Of a stretch of 64,000 nucleotides of DNA, positions 14,975-26,376 are shown piece after piece. Origin of the DNA: Eledone cirrhosa (Eukaryota); contig OZ024745.1 in assembly GCA_964016885.1 (NCBI GenBank), positions 38,130,001 to 38,194,000 on the forward strand, in the 5' to 3' direction. The position numbers and the translations under genes were made by a program. How positions within the stretch are numbered: the stretch's first letter is position 1; the number at the start of each line of letters is the position of its first letter. The notes under the pieces were generated by a model. That model was not told where the DNA came from and made no database searches. It saw only the letters and a program-made list of their open reading frames with translations.

Positions 14975-15183
14975 GGCGACCTACGTAGTAAATCGTATCA
15001 TCGTGAGCTCCGCAAAGGTTTGTTATTTCCGTTTGTTAAAAATTGCCATTTATGGAAAAATTTTATTGTTAACCATATATAAGCGCACATACATTGTTTT
15101 CCGAAAAGGACACCCAAAAAGATTGGGGCCTTGTGCCTAAAATTTAAACTTTTATGATTATCAAAAAATTTCTTTGAAAAAAA

Positions 15184-17164
15184 ATGGCTAATTCATCTCT
15201 GCACCAAGCAGCTGAAAGCCTTTCTCACAAATTAACACCTCACACCGACACCACCATTGTAAATGTTACTACGTTTGCCAACACTACAAAAAATATAAGC
15301 AGTAGCAATATTTTAAATTTGTCTCAGGCAGACATTCATTTCCCACCATTACCAATGACTGCAGGTGTTAAAGCCTCCACCACCACCACCACCACCACCG
15401 CGACAACCACCACCCCCACCACCACCGCGACAACAGAAACAAAAGAAGAAAAAAATAAATTAACTCGTGATGTCGAAATGAAATCAAGCAAAATGGACTC
15501 TTCCCCACCAAAGACGACTGACGCCACCACCACCACAACTGAAACTAAAATTAATATTAACACAAATAACGATAGCAACAACAACAACAATGACATTATA
15601 AAAACCACCCTCAGTTTTGCCAGAGTAGCAAAACAGTTCGAAGCATTTACGGTAACTCAGGAGGATTTAGAAAATGCCAAACAAATGGTAAAGAAAGATG
15701 GGTACAGGGTCAGCCTCACCCCCCCACCTAATAAAATGGAGCATCGGCGCCTATGCACCGTGTCGTATCGAACAATAAATGTAAAATCGCGCCGAGTGGA
15801 ACGGGCATCCGAGTCACAAATCCAAAAAGCTTTGGGACATGTGTGGGCAAGAAAAACCCACATCAGACGTGGGCAGAAGTATGGAACCGTGGACGTGTTC
15901 TTTGAAACACCAGAGGAGGCTAGAGAACACTCCATGGCCCCATTAAGAAGTGACGACTTCATACTCGTCCCAAGCTATTGTGTCCAGGACTCGTAAAGAT
16001 CAGGGTGACCCACGTTCCACCGGCCATCGAAATTCCCTGGCTAATAGCGGCCGTCCTCGCCGGCATCGAAGCCAACACAAAAATAATAGCAATAGCAAAA
16101 GAAAAGCAGGAGAACTGGTCCGGATCTGGGATGGAGCTCCTGATCCAAGCGGACCAAAAAAGCATTGAGGAGATCCCAGAGGTAATAGACCTCACTGACG
16201 GCAGCCACCTCACGGTAATTGTCGAGGGAAGAAGACCTAGGTGTGTCGTTTGTGGTGAAGGAACCCACCTAAGGGCTTTCTGCCCTCAGGCTAAAAGGTT
16301 GAGGCCACCTCTCCTACCCACCCCAGTGACACAACCATCAACACCACCAGTAGCAGAGATGGCAGCAACAACTGTAGCAGCAACAACAGAAGCAACTATA
16401 ACAGCAACAACCCCAGCAACAGTAGCAAAACCAACACCACCACCACCACCACCACCCAACACTTCAGAACTAGCACCATCGCCTACACCATCCACCACGC
16501 CACAAGCAAAACTAACGCCTGTGGAGGATTTTCCACTCCTCGGCCTATCACAACTGGAGATAGATTGTGACGACGAGGAGTGGGAAACGATATCCGGAAA
16601 AGAAAAAAGAAACCAAAAAAGAAAAAATTCTCTTCCTTCCCCCTCCAAAAACAAAATACAGAGGGAAACAAATAAATTAAGAAACAAAAAAGTTAGGACA
16701 GATATGCCACCATCCACACCAGCATCACCAACCCCATCAACCCAAACACCAACACCATCACCATCATTAACCCCAACACCACCATCACCTACACCACAAA
16801 AGTCACCAAAATGCGAAACAGAAACAAACCCACAACAAACGCAAACAAAACAAAACAACCAAAACGATACACGCTACACAGCATTAAATTTGAACAACAA
16901 GCAATTATTACACTACATCCAACACAACACCAGCATCACAGAAAAAGACTACACAACAACCCCAAAATTCACACCACCTCCACACATACAAATCACTCGC
17001 ATCACACAGAAAACGTACATGACACTAAACAAAAATTCCCCAAAGACATCGGAGACTTCCGACAAGCACTCTCCAGGAGGATTTATAAGGACATCCTTCC
17101 TGAGGAGGCCACAAGCAGTGAAAAGGATGGAAAAACCGTCCTTCCCCTACGAGAAGTAAGGTAA
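15184..17164 (+). pseudogene. Tx1 ORF1 (copy B), zinc-knuckle protein with two frameshifts
   Basis: Frameshifts near 15985 and 17030; CVVCGEGTHLRAFC; C-terminus KFPKDIGDFR..RRIYKDILPEE..LPLREVR* is homologous to copy A. Confidence 0.85.
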
Positions 17165-17198
17165 GTGGTCTTTCCCATCTTTTCCACTCCTTTTCAAC

Positions 17199-20100
17199 AT
17201 GACCTCACTCAGAATAGGCAGCATAAATGCGCGTGGCTTGGGGTCGTCATGGAAGCAGGGCCACCTGCTCAACGACCTCAGGTCACTAAACATAGATGTA
17301 GTGGCCATCAGCGAGACCAGAATCTCCGAAGCACAGGCTTTCGCACCGATCTTCGGCGGCTACGATGTGTACGCATCTCCCAGCCGTCCGGGAACGGGGG
17401 GAGGAGTTGCTGTGCTTTTTCGGAGAGGTTTGGATCTTGCTATACGGGCCATCTTCCTGGACCCAGAAGGTAAGTTGGTGCTGCTGGACGTGACCAGCGG
17501 AGACGGGCAAGCTTTCAGGTTAGTGGCCGTCTATGCCCCGACAGGAGCAGGGCGGCCTGATTTCTTCCGGCGTCTGGAGACCTTTCTTGGAACGTCCCGC
17601 TCTTTAGTGTTAGTGGGCGACTGGAACGGGATCTTAGATGCACGCTGGGATTGTGTGGGATTAGTGGATAGGGAAGGAGGGTGCAAGAGTCTCACCAACC
17701 TGCTCAGACGTTTTGAACTGTCTGACAGGTACCGAATGGATTTCCCGAATGTACCAATGTGGACTTGGACAAATCGCATAGGGTCATCCAGATCATATCT
17801 AGATAGAGTATTTTGTAGGGAAATAGATAGGTCTAGCATAGGCTGTCCACAATTCAAGATAGTCAGCTACACGGACCACAAATTCGTGATCTGTGTGCTT
17901 GACTTAGATAGGCTTCATAGACGAGGACCCGGCTACTGGAAGCTAAACGCGTCCTTACCAGCGCGCAAGGCCTCCAGAGACCGGATAAGCGAACTAGTTA
18001 AGCGGGCGTTGATGGGGGCCATCGTCAACAACAAGTGGTGGTTTGCTCTGAAAAGAGCAATTAGAATAGAGTCCATTAGGTTTAGTAAGACTTTAGCAAT
18101 AGAGAAAAATAGAGCAGAGGGTGAATTAGTTAGAAAATTAGATGAGGCGCTTCGCAAAGGCATCGCGACCGACGTACTTGCGGCGAAATTGGCCCTTGAC
18201 TAATTCTTCAATGCAAAGCACGAAGGCTGCGTTGTCAGAGCTAGGGTGTGTGCTCTCAGACACGAGGGGACGAAAGCCGTTCAATGGGCCCGAGTGGCGG
18301 AGGCGCGTCGTGGCAACAAAGCCACGATCCGGTCTTTGGTGGACCACGACGGGCGCATGCTACTCGATCCCGGGCAAATGTGTGAAGCTTTTCAGCGACA
18401 CTTCGCTCAACTGTTCGGGGGCAGTGGCGGGCCGGATAGAGGGATAGACTTTAGTGTCTACCTCGACGGACTGCCGCGGCTTTCGGCCACTGAGGCGGAG
18501 TGTTGCGAAAAGCCGATAACAACCGCTGAAGTACGGGATGCCTGACTAGTTGCACAAGGGGTAAATCGCCTAGTTTGGATGGTCTACCCTATAAACTTTA
18601 CGTACAAATGCCAGACTTGTTCGGAGGCCTCTTGGCGGACGTCTACTGCAACTGGCAACAGAACGGGAGAATTCCCAGCTCTGTGAGCCGAGGAGCGGTG
18701 GCGCTGCTGAGAAATGATCCGAACAAGGGGGATAACATAGATAATTTTAGGCCCATAACTCTGCTAAACACAGAGTTCAAGATTTTGGCCAAGGTGCTAG
18801 CAAAGAGGTTGGCGCTTGTCGTTGGTGGTCTGGTGGGAGAGGCACAGACATGCGCCATTCCCGACAGATCCATTCACGACAACCTCCACCTCATGCGATA
18901 CATCGTAGAGAGGGTAGCTAGGGAACCTGGCACCGGTGGGTCTTTGATCAATTTAGATCAGTCGAAAGCCTTCGATAGGGTCGACCATCGTTACCTAGCG
19001 GCAGTCCTGAGGGCGGCTGGCTTTGGGCCCGTCTTCAGAGGCTGGATCGCTGCCATGCACAGCGACATCTGCTCTGTAGTGAGAGTGGACGGTCACCTTT
19101 CGGAACCGTTCAGCATCATGCGCTCGGTCCGCCAAGGATGTCCCCTCTCGTCCCTCTTGTATGTATTGACTCTCGAGCCATTACTGCACAAACTGGAGAC
19201 GTTGAGGGGGTCCCGCGCGAACTAGGATGCGGAAGATCCGTGTCAGCATATGCCGACGATGTCACCGTAGTGGTGTCGAACGCCAAACACATCGAGGCGA
19301 TCGGCACTACACTAAGAGAATACGAAGCGGTGACAGGAGCAATGATCAACCAGGAAAAGTCAGTGGGCCTGCAGCTCGGCACCTGGAGAGGCAGGTCCAT
19401 GCCGTCCAACAGCGTCGTCGGGCGCTGGACGGACGGACCGGTTATATTGCTAGGGCTCTGGTTCGGTCCAGACCTCCAGACGGACAAAAACTGGGACGAG
19501 ATGACGAGCAGGGTGACTTCTCTCACCCAGAAATGGCCCGAGAGGAAGCTATCCCTGAAAGGTCGAGCCGAGGTGGCGAATGCGTACATCGCATCCGTCA
19601 TCTACTACCGCCTGACCGTCGTACCTTGTCCTAAGCCCCGCCTGACTGCGCTGGAGCGTTTGCTCTTTCGCCTCTTGTGGAAGGGACGCGCTCCGATGGT
19701 CAGGCGGTCCATCTGCTGTCAACACCCGCTACGTGGAGGGCTGGGCATGCCGTGGCTGATGATGCGCAGACACGCGCTCAGGCTACGACATCTCCACCTC
19801 TTCCTCGACGGTGATCAGGTGTGGTCGCCGTTTGCTAGACACGTTTTTCCCCAGCTCGTCTCCTTCTTAGAGCTGCAGTCCTGGATCAAGCGAAGACCGA
19901 GAGGGAGCGCTTGGAGACTGGAATGTCTTCAGGCGCTCACAGCCCTCGACCAATCGGGCAATGTGATCGGTGGAAACTCCACCTTGGCGTTCTATAGGGG
20001 ATTAGTGGAGGGGAAGAGCGACGACGTACTTGGAGAAACTCTAGGCGTCGACGAAAATCAACTAGCCAATCTCTTCGGACTTTCGGGCCGGGGCCTATGG

Positions 20101-20363
20101 ACAACTTCCAGAAATCCCTGGCCTGGCAGTGCTACCGGGGAGCTTTGCCAGTTCGGGATAAACTCTACAGGCATGGAGGTGCCGTCAGTCGGGCATGTCC
20201 GAGATGCCCACAGGGCGACGAAACCGTCCTGCACGCACTCGTCCAGTGTCCGAGCATTACTGACTTGTGGGTTTATGTCGAACACCTGCTGTCACGTGTA
20301 GGACAAATCCAGCTATCAGCTGAGTCCATCGTGAGGATTTCCCCGCCCTCTTCCTTTAGCCGG
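17199..20363 (+). pseudogene. Tx1 ORF2: APE endonuclease + reverse transcriptase + CCHC finger, disrupted
   Basis: SINARGL, GDWN, SYLDRVF, TDH, GYWKLN, FRPITLLN, DQSKAFDRV, VRQGCPLS, AYADD, CPRC..ETVLHALVQC; stops at 18203 and 18545; frameshifts near 19205 and 20078. Confidence 0.93.
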
Positions 20364-20752
20364 TGAATTAGTTTTCCGAGGTTTTTTATATGAAATCGTG
20401 TGTCGAAACAAATATTGTTATACTTGGGGAGGGTCATATTTGTGTAATAATATTGCCAGAATTAATAACAGAACACACTCACTGTTTGGTTGGTTTTCGC
20501 TTATGTGTCTTTTATATCGGTTAATTTAATTTTTTCGGTCCTCAATGTTACCATTGACTGACCAACGGTCAAAAATATAGATACAATATCGACACAAACA
20601 CGCGTTTGCGTGTGTGTATAGTGTTTTGTTTGATGTCTGTTCGTGTTTGGGTGACTGTGTATTGGTTAATATATTCTATCTTAGTTCACTAGTGTGTGTT
20701 TATATGTGTTTGTTGTTATTGTGCTTGTGTATGTATTTATTTATTTATCTAT

Positions 20753-20799
<47 letters not shown>

Positions 20800-22790
20800 T
20801 ACTTCTCTTAGGTCAGTGTTGTTTGTTTGGGTGTTGTTGTTATTCCATTCATTTTTTCTGTTTAGCCTAGGCCTTCTAAGTTCTATTTCGCTGGCCTCTC
20901 TGATTTGCCTATCTGCTGGGTAATTTCTATGTTTAGATATTATTCTAATTTCTATGTTGTCTATGTTACCGTCGTGTTGTTGTCTGGCATGTTCGTATAG
21001 TACTGAACCGTTTTTTCGTCCTTTTAGTTCCCCCCAGTGCTGGTCTATCCTTTCACCTATGCTACGAGCTGTCTCGCCTCTGTATGTTGTTGTCATGTTT
21101 CTGCAAGTACCCTCTGTACATCTCATGCTCTAGACTACGTTTCTAGTTTTACAGTTTATCCGGGGGTTTACTTTACATATGATACATTTGCTATTAGTAC
21201 AGTGGGTTTTCTTAAAAGGTTAGGTTTTGCTGATCAGGGATTTTATAGTGGTTCCTGGCTTTTCTACCACCTTAATCTTTAAGAGGGTCTTTCTAAGGGC
21301 CTTTCTACACTGGTTAGCTAATATCCCTCCAGGGGTAGCGTCCACACATATGACACTCTGGTATCTCTGGTTGTCGTTCCATGAGGTGGCTTTCCCTATC
21401 TTATGTCTAGTCCTATCTAAGCTATTCCATGATTTGCTCCTGTATAATGGGCAAATTCCTTTCATGTCCAGTTCTATGAGGGTCTTATACTTCTCCGTGG
21501 CTCCTTCGTATACTCTGATTCTGTCTCTTTGGTTGTAGCCAGAGAACTGTATGCGGTTGATGAAGTGTTGGATGTGTCTTTCCATTTCTGTTGGGTTGCA
21601 CATGCGGGACACGTTCTTCATCACTCGTACCAAGTCTGCGATCAGAATATTAAACATAGCACTACTGGACATTGCTGAGTTTTTGAGTAACAGGTATTTG
21701 GAGGCCATGGGTTTAGCATAGTGTGAGTGGAGAATTTGGGCTCTCTCGTCTATAGTATTAATCCAGAGTTCCGTGTCTAATACAGGTAGTCTATCGTTAG
21801 GATGTTTGGAAGGGAAGTCGATAGTTACAGTTATACTCTGGTGTATGGAATTAGCTATCTGCTGGATGCTTTCCATTGTGCTACGTTCTAAATCAAACTT
21901 GTTAGTGCTCTCTTGTGGGGATGTCCGTATTACTATATTGATGTCGTCTACGTAACGAGAGTACATGATGAGGTCTATGGATCTCTCATCAAGGAGATCC
22001 TTGAGTTTCCTTTCCCACCATACCATAAAAAGGTTGGCAACGTCACCAGCTATGCTGACGCCTATGGCTGCTCCCTCATTTTGGGTGTATTTCTTCTCGA
22101 TGAACTTGAATATGTGGCCCTTTAGAGTAGTTTTGATACTAGCCCCTATTGCATGTGCGACCATTTTTCTTACCTGATCATTGTTTTGTGGGGTCCGTAT
22201 AGCTTTGGTCCACCAAATCCACCTTCCCATGGGATTCTTTTTTGCCATTGAGGTTATGGCGGGGGGTCTACCTCTTACGGGTCTACTGGGGCAGAAATGT
22301 CGAAGGTCATGGCTGTCTAGGTAGTCATTGTCGTAGGTAAGTCTAAGTAGGAGGCCCAGTTCGTCTGTGTCGGCATCACAGAACCCCACCTCACTCTCAA
22401 TGATCATCTCCACACATTTTTCCACAGCAAAATCAATGTTAATGGATGGGTACAGTGATACCACATCCATACTGCCTGTTATGCAGTTGGATAGGTTTCT
22501 GTTTTTGTTGCACTCACTGATTCTGCTGAGGAGGTCCTCTGTACTGTCACATACATCTGGGGACATCTTGATTATGGGGCGTATAACCATTGAGAGGAAG
22601 TAGGAGATCCTGTAGTTGCTAGCTATATTTGCTCCGCATACAGGTCTTGTTGGTGTTCCTGTTGTCGGGTCGTCGACTGTCTTGTGGTCTTTGCGGAGCC
22701 GAAGCGAAAACCAACCAAACAGAGAGTGTGTTATGTTATTAGTTATGGAAATATTATTACACAAATATGACCCTCCCCAAGCATAACAAT
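20364..22790 (-). mobile_element. Penelope-like element (Naiad-like), RT + GIY-YIG, 5'-truncated with inverted terminal segment
   Basis: TRPV, SMDVVSLYPSI, GAAIG, YSRYVDD, LPVLD, HYAKPMAS; GIY-YIG YRGETARS..R..QH..RE; 22702-22790 is an inverted copy of about 20410-20500. Confidence 0.9.
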
Positions 22791-22959
22791 ATATATATAT
22801 ATATTCATATACACATATTCATATATATACATCTATATTTCTATAGGAATGGCAAAAATGAACATTTTATAGCGTTGGAACAATGTTATTGATTTAGATG
22901 GGGAATTAGTACGCAACAGTCTTATTTACCCCAACAACATGTTTCCGATATCCCTCTTC

Positions 22960-23120
22960 TCACTCTATGCCATTCTATTTCTCCTTTCATTTCTCATTCT
23001 ATCTTCTGATGAAGGACTAGATTCAGAAACTTCCAGAATATTTTTCTGCTATATCATGCGTTAAACTGGGATATTTCTTCGGTCTAATGTACAGTTTACT
23101 TTGTTGTTTTCGTTTACTTT
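22960..23120 (+). repeat. Short HHR-like repeat, related to 27030-27190
   Basis: TTCTGATGAAGGACTAGATTCAGAAAC here versus TTCTGATGACGGACTAGTGTCCAAAATG at about 27080, with shared flanks; both degenerate. Confidence 0.5.
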
Positions 23121-23142
23121 AAGGCAGTGCAACACACACACA

Positions 23143-23176
<34 letters not shown>

Positions 23177-23177
<1 letters not shown>

Positions 23178-23292
23178 CTAAGGACAGACACTGGTCTGTT
23201 GGAGATGCAGGACATGGCAGCGATAATGAGGGACAGAGACCGCTGGAGAGAACTCGTCCATGGATCTCGGGAATTTTACCCGCCTTAGATGT
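23177..23292 (+). mobile_element. RTE LINE 3'-end fragment (same family as 4247-5112)
   Basis: Near-identical to 5000-5112; lies between TA/TG microsatellites. Confidence 0.9.
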
Positions 23293-24243
23293 AGATATAT
23301 GTGTGTGTGTGTATGTGTGTGTTTGTGTGTGTGTGTATATATGTAAACATGTATGTATGTGTTTGACCGTTTCCTTGTCACTTTTTGTTTACACCGTGTT
23401 GATAAAATAGGTAGAATTACTTCTCTATACGTTCGAAATGTATCACTTATCTATTCAACAATATAAATTATTGCACTAAAAGTAAAGTATGTGTTGTCAT
23501 TATTATCGACTAAAACATATTATTACAACACCACATCATGGCCGCAGTCTGATAACTGCAACTAAGTCCAATAACTGCAACTTAAAAGTAAATGAATAGT
23601 ATTTGTCCAAATGAAGAATTATGAGTTTTAACTACCCCTCTTGGCCTATTGATATCTTTAGTGGAGTACTATGTTGTAGTTATTCCTTCGGGTCTCTCGT
23701 CATGCCTTTATCATAAACACACGGTGTACCACTACACTCAACGCAACGCTATATGTTATAGACACAAATCTTTCATACGGTATCTCCGATGTCTAGTGAA
23801 ACACCTTATACTTTCCTTTACATTTTCTCTCCAAGGCGCAGCCTGTTACAAGGATCTTTTCGTAGCGAAGAAAAACAGTCACCTATGCATAAAGAAAAAG
23901 GTAACCAGTGTCATCACAACTCATTTTATCCAGCTTAGGCATCGTTAAACTAAGCGTTATGTTGAAGGACGCCACTCGATCTGGAAATCGAGCTCAGAAA
24001 CTTTAGATGGTGAGGTCTACATCCGAGTTACTAAGGCAGGTGCCTTCACTGAGAGAGAAAGAGATTCGGAAATAATTTGGAAAGTTAAAATAAGACGAGA
24101 AACAGACGAGAGGAAAAGAGAAAGAGTAGAATGACTAGAAGAAACAGAGAACAGAAGAAGAATGGAGAAACGGAGAGTAACATAAAGAGAGGTAAATGAT
24201 AATAAAACTGGGAAAGAGAAGAGAAAATGAGATTGAAGTAACG

Positions 24244-24274
<31 letters not shown>

Positions 24275-24277
24275 TAA

Positions 24278-24345
24278 CAGAAGAAGAAGAAGAAGAAGAA
24301 GAAGAAGAAGAAGAAGAAGAAGAAGAAGAAGAAGAAGAAGAAGAA
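24278..24345. repeat. (GAA)n microsatellite
   Basis: Pure GAA run. Confidence 0.95.
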
Positions 24346-24814
24346 AGGAGAGAGTTTGATGTAAAGATGAGAGAGAAAGAGAAAAAAGGGGAGATAAGTA
24401 TGTTGAATGTCAAACGGTGCAGCAACATTAAGTAATAAAGGAGGAAAAATGGAGGCGAAATATTGGATAAAGAATAAAAGAGAAGATAAGAAATACAATG
24501 AAATGGAAGTTATTTAGAATTGGCAAGATGCCGAGACGTCAGTTGAAGGCTAAATCGACTGTGTTGTGATGGACACTAAGATTATTTCACTGACTTTGTT
24601 TTCCTGCGAAAATTCACAAGTGTCCAACAAAACTTTTCTAGAAACATTATAGAAAAGTTTTAAATGAAATATGTATTTTCGTCTGCATATTTTTGTTATT
24701 GTTGTAACTGCCACCCTTCCCTAAATTGTCGTTCATGGATGTTGTTGTTTGTGGCATTGTGATGTGGGGTCTTTTTATCCCTATTTGAAAAAATCTATGG
24801 GCAAACGCTCATCA

Positions 24815-25300
24815 CCGTTCTTCTTAATATAATTGTTTCTACGTTTGGCACAAGGCCAGCAATTACCCAGTGTATTACTGGTACTTTATTTTATCGACCG
24901 CCGTAAGGATGAAAGGCAAAGTTAACGTCGGTGGGATTTGAACTCAGAATGGCGTCCGACCCTCTACCGATAGTGCCAATCCACCGCCTTCTTAATGTAA
25001 TGGCTTCTTATATAGACACAAGGCCAGCAATTTAGGGGGAGGGGAAAGTCCATAAAATCGACCCCAGTGCGTGACTGGTACTTTATTTTATCGATCCCGT
25101 AAGGATGAAAGGCAAAGTTAACCCCGGCGGGATTTGAACTCAGATCATAAAGGACCGATACTGCCAATCCTCCGCCCTCCACCGTCTTCTTAATATAATT
25201 GTTTCTAGTTTGGGCACAAGGCCAGTAATTACCCAGTACATTAATGGTACTTTCATTTTATCGACCCCGTAAGGATGAAAGGCAAAGTTGACCTCGGCGA
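24815..25300 (-). mobile_element. Three tandem SINE copies (same family as 2248-2430)
   Basis: Repeated GGCACAAGGCCAG..TGGTACTTTATTTTATCGA..TAAGGATGAAAGGCAAAGTT..GGATTTGAACTCAG; the third copy lacks the head. Confidence 0.85.
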
Positions 25301-25304
25301 ACAA

Positions 25305-25920
25305 ATGTGTGTATATATGTGACAGTTTATTTATAAGCGTGTCTTTCTGCGAGTATGAATATATTTGACGGCTTGTGTGTTTTTCTGTATGAGATTCTTC
25401 GCTTACATCGACGTATGTTAGTAAGTGCCTGTGTTATATGCGAGTGAGTAATGGTTGTAAAACATGTGTAGGAAATGAATATGGTGTGTGGTGTGCACGT
25501 TAACAATAGAAAAAAACGCAGTAAATTGGTCAAGTTGTTAAATCGATAGACTTAATACATCACGATATTTGCTATTCATTTTTTTGTGTACATTTGATAA
25601 ATAAGTTACCTGTGCATTGATGGAGTTGTTATTGTGCGAGCTAATACCTGTCTTTGCGTTCGTAGCTCTCTGGCAACGTCACTGGTGCCAATCTATAACG
25701 GATTTTGCCTTTCTCTTGGACAAAATCAGTGTCGTATCCTCTTATATATATTCACACTCTAGAGACAAACTCATATATATACTCACTCGCATACACACAG
25801 GCACTTACTAACATACGTCGATGTAAGCAAATAATCTTATACAGAAAAACACACAAGCCGTCAAATATATTCATACTCGGAGAAAGAGAGGCTTATACAT
25901 AAACTGACACATATATACCC
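25305..25920. repeat. Fold-back element with ~145-bp inverted arms
   Basis: 25305-25450 is the reverse complement of about 25778-25920. Confidence 0.85.
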
Positions 25921-26376
25921 ATATTTTCTCATGAATTCCCCTCTCCTCTTCGCTCTCTCACACACACACCGCTTTATACATGACCTTTCACGCACACATG
26001 TATACCAGAAGCGAACAGTACCGAGGAAGCTGCTTCAGGCACAGACAGACAACAGAGTGATTCATAATTGAACCTTAAAGGCTCACGATTTCTTTATTGT
26101 TGTTTTCTGCTTTACAAATTTATATAACTAAATTAAACGTAGAATAATTTGTGTCACTCAGTAAATATCTCCAAAAATATTTGGCGCCGAGAAGCGCTGC
26201 TGAAATAGACAATTTGGTGAAGGAGGTCATATGTTTTTATGACTATGTAAATGAAAATGTAGACTTAGTAATTTTCTTAGTGTAGTCTGAGCAAGAACTG
26301 TATGTATGTATGAACTTATGTATGTCTGTATGTATGTATGTATGTATGTATGTATGTATGTATGTATGTATGTATG

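Larger units (their letters stand above)
14975..20363 (+). mobile_element. Tx1-clade LINE copy B, intact 5' end, 3' end cut by a Penelope element
   Basis: Starts GGCGACCTACGTAG directly after (ATT)17; ORF1 + ORF2; lacks the last ~390 bp seen in copy A. Confidence 0.93.

Noticed and set aside
17030-17159. ORF-track C-terminus of ORF1 (..MEKPSFPYEK*)
   Set aside because: Homology with copy A shows the real frame is KFPKDIGDFR..LREVR* ending at 17164; the listed end follows a frameshift
20530-20580. Hairpin GGTC..TCAATG-GTAA-CATTGA..GACC-GAAA (minus strand) as the Naiad HHR
   Set aside because: No CUGANGA box upstream and no stem III or cleavage triplet
21120-21240. Stop between RT and GIY-YIG of the Naiad-like element as possible selenocysteine recoding (known in some Naiads)
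   Set aside because: The stops are TAA and TAG at positions that are Tyr in the 34.5-35.1 kb relative, plus a frameshift; the Cys positions are TGT, so this is decay
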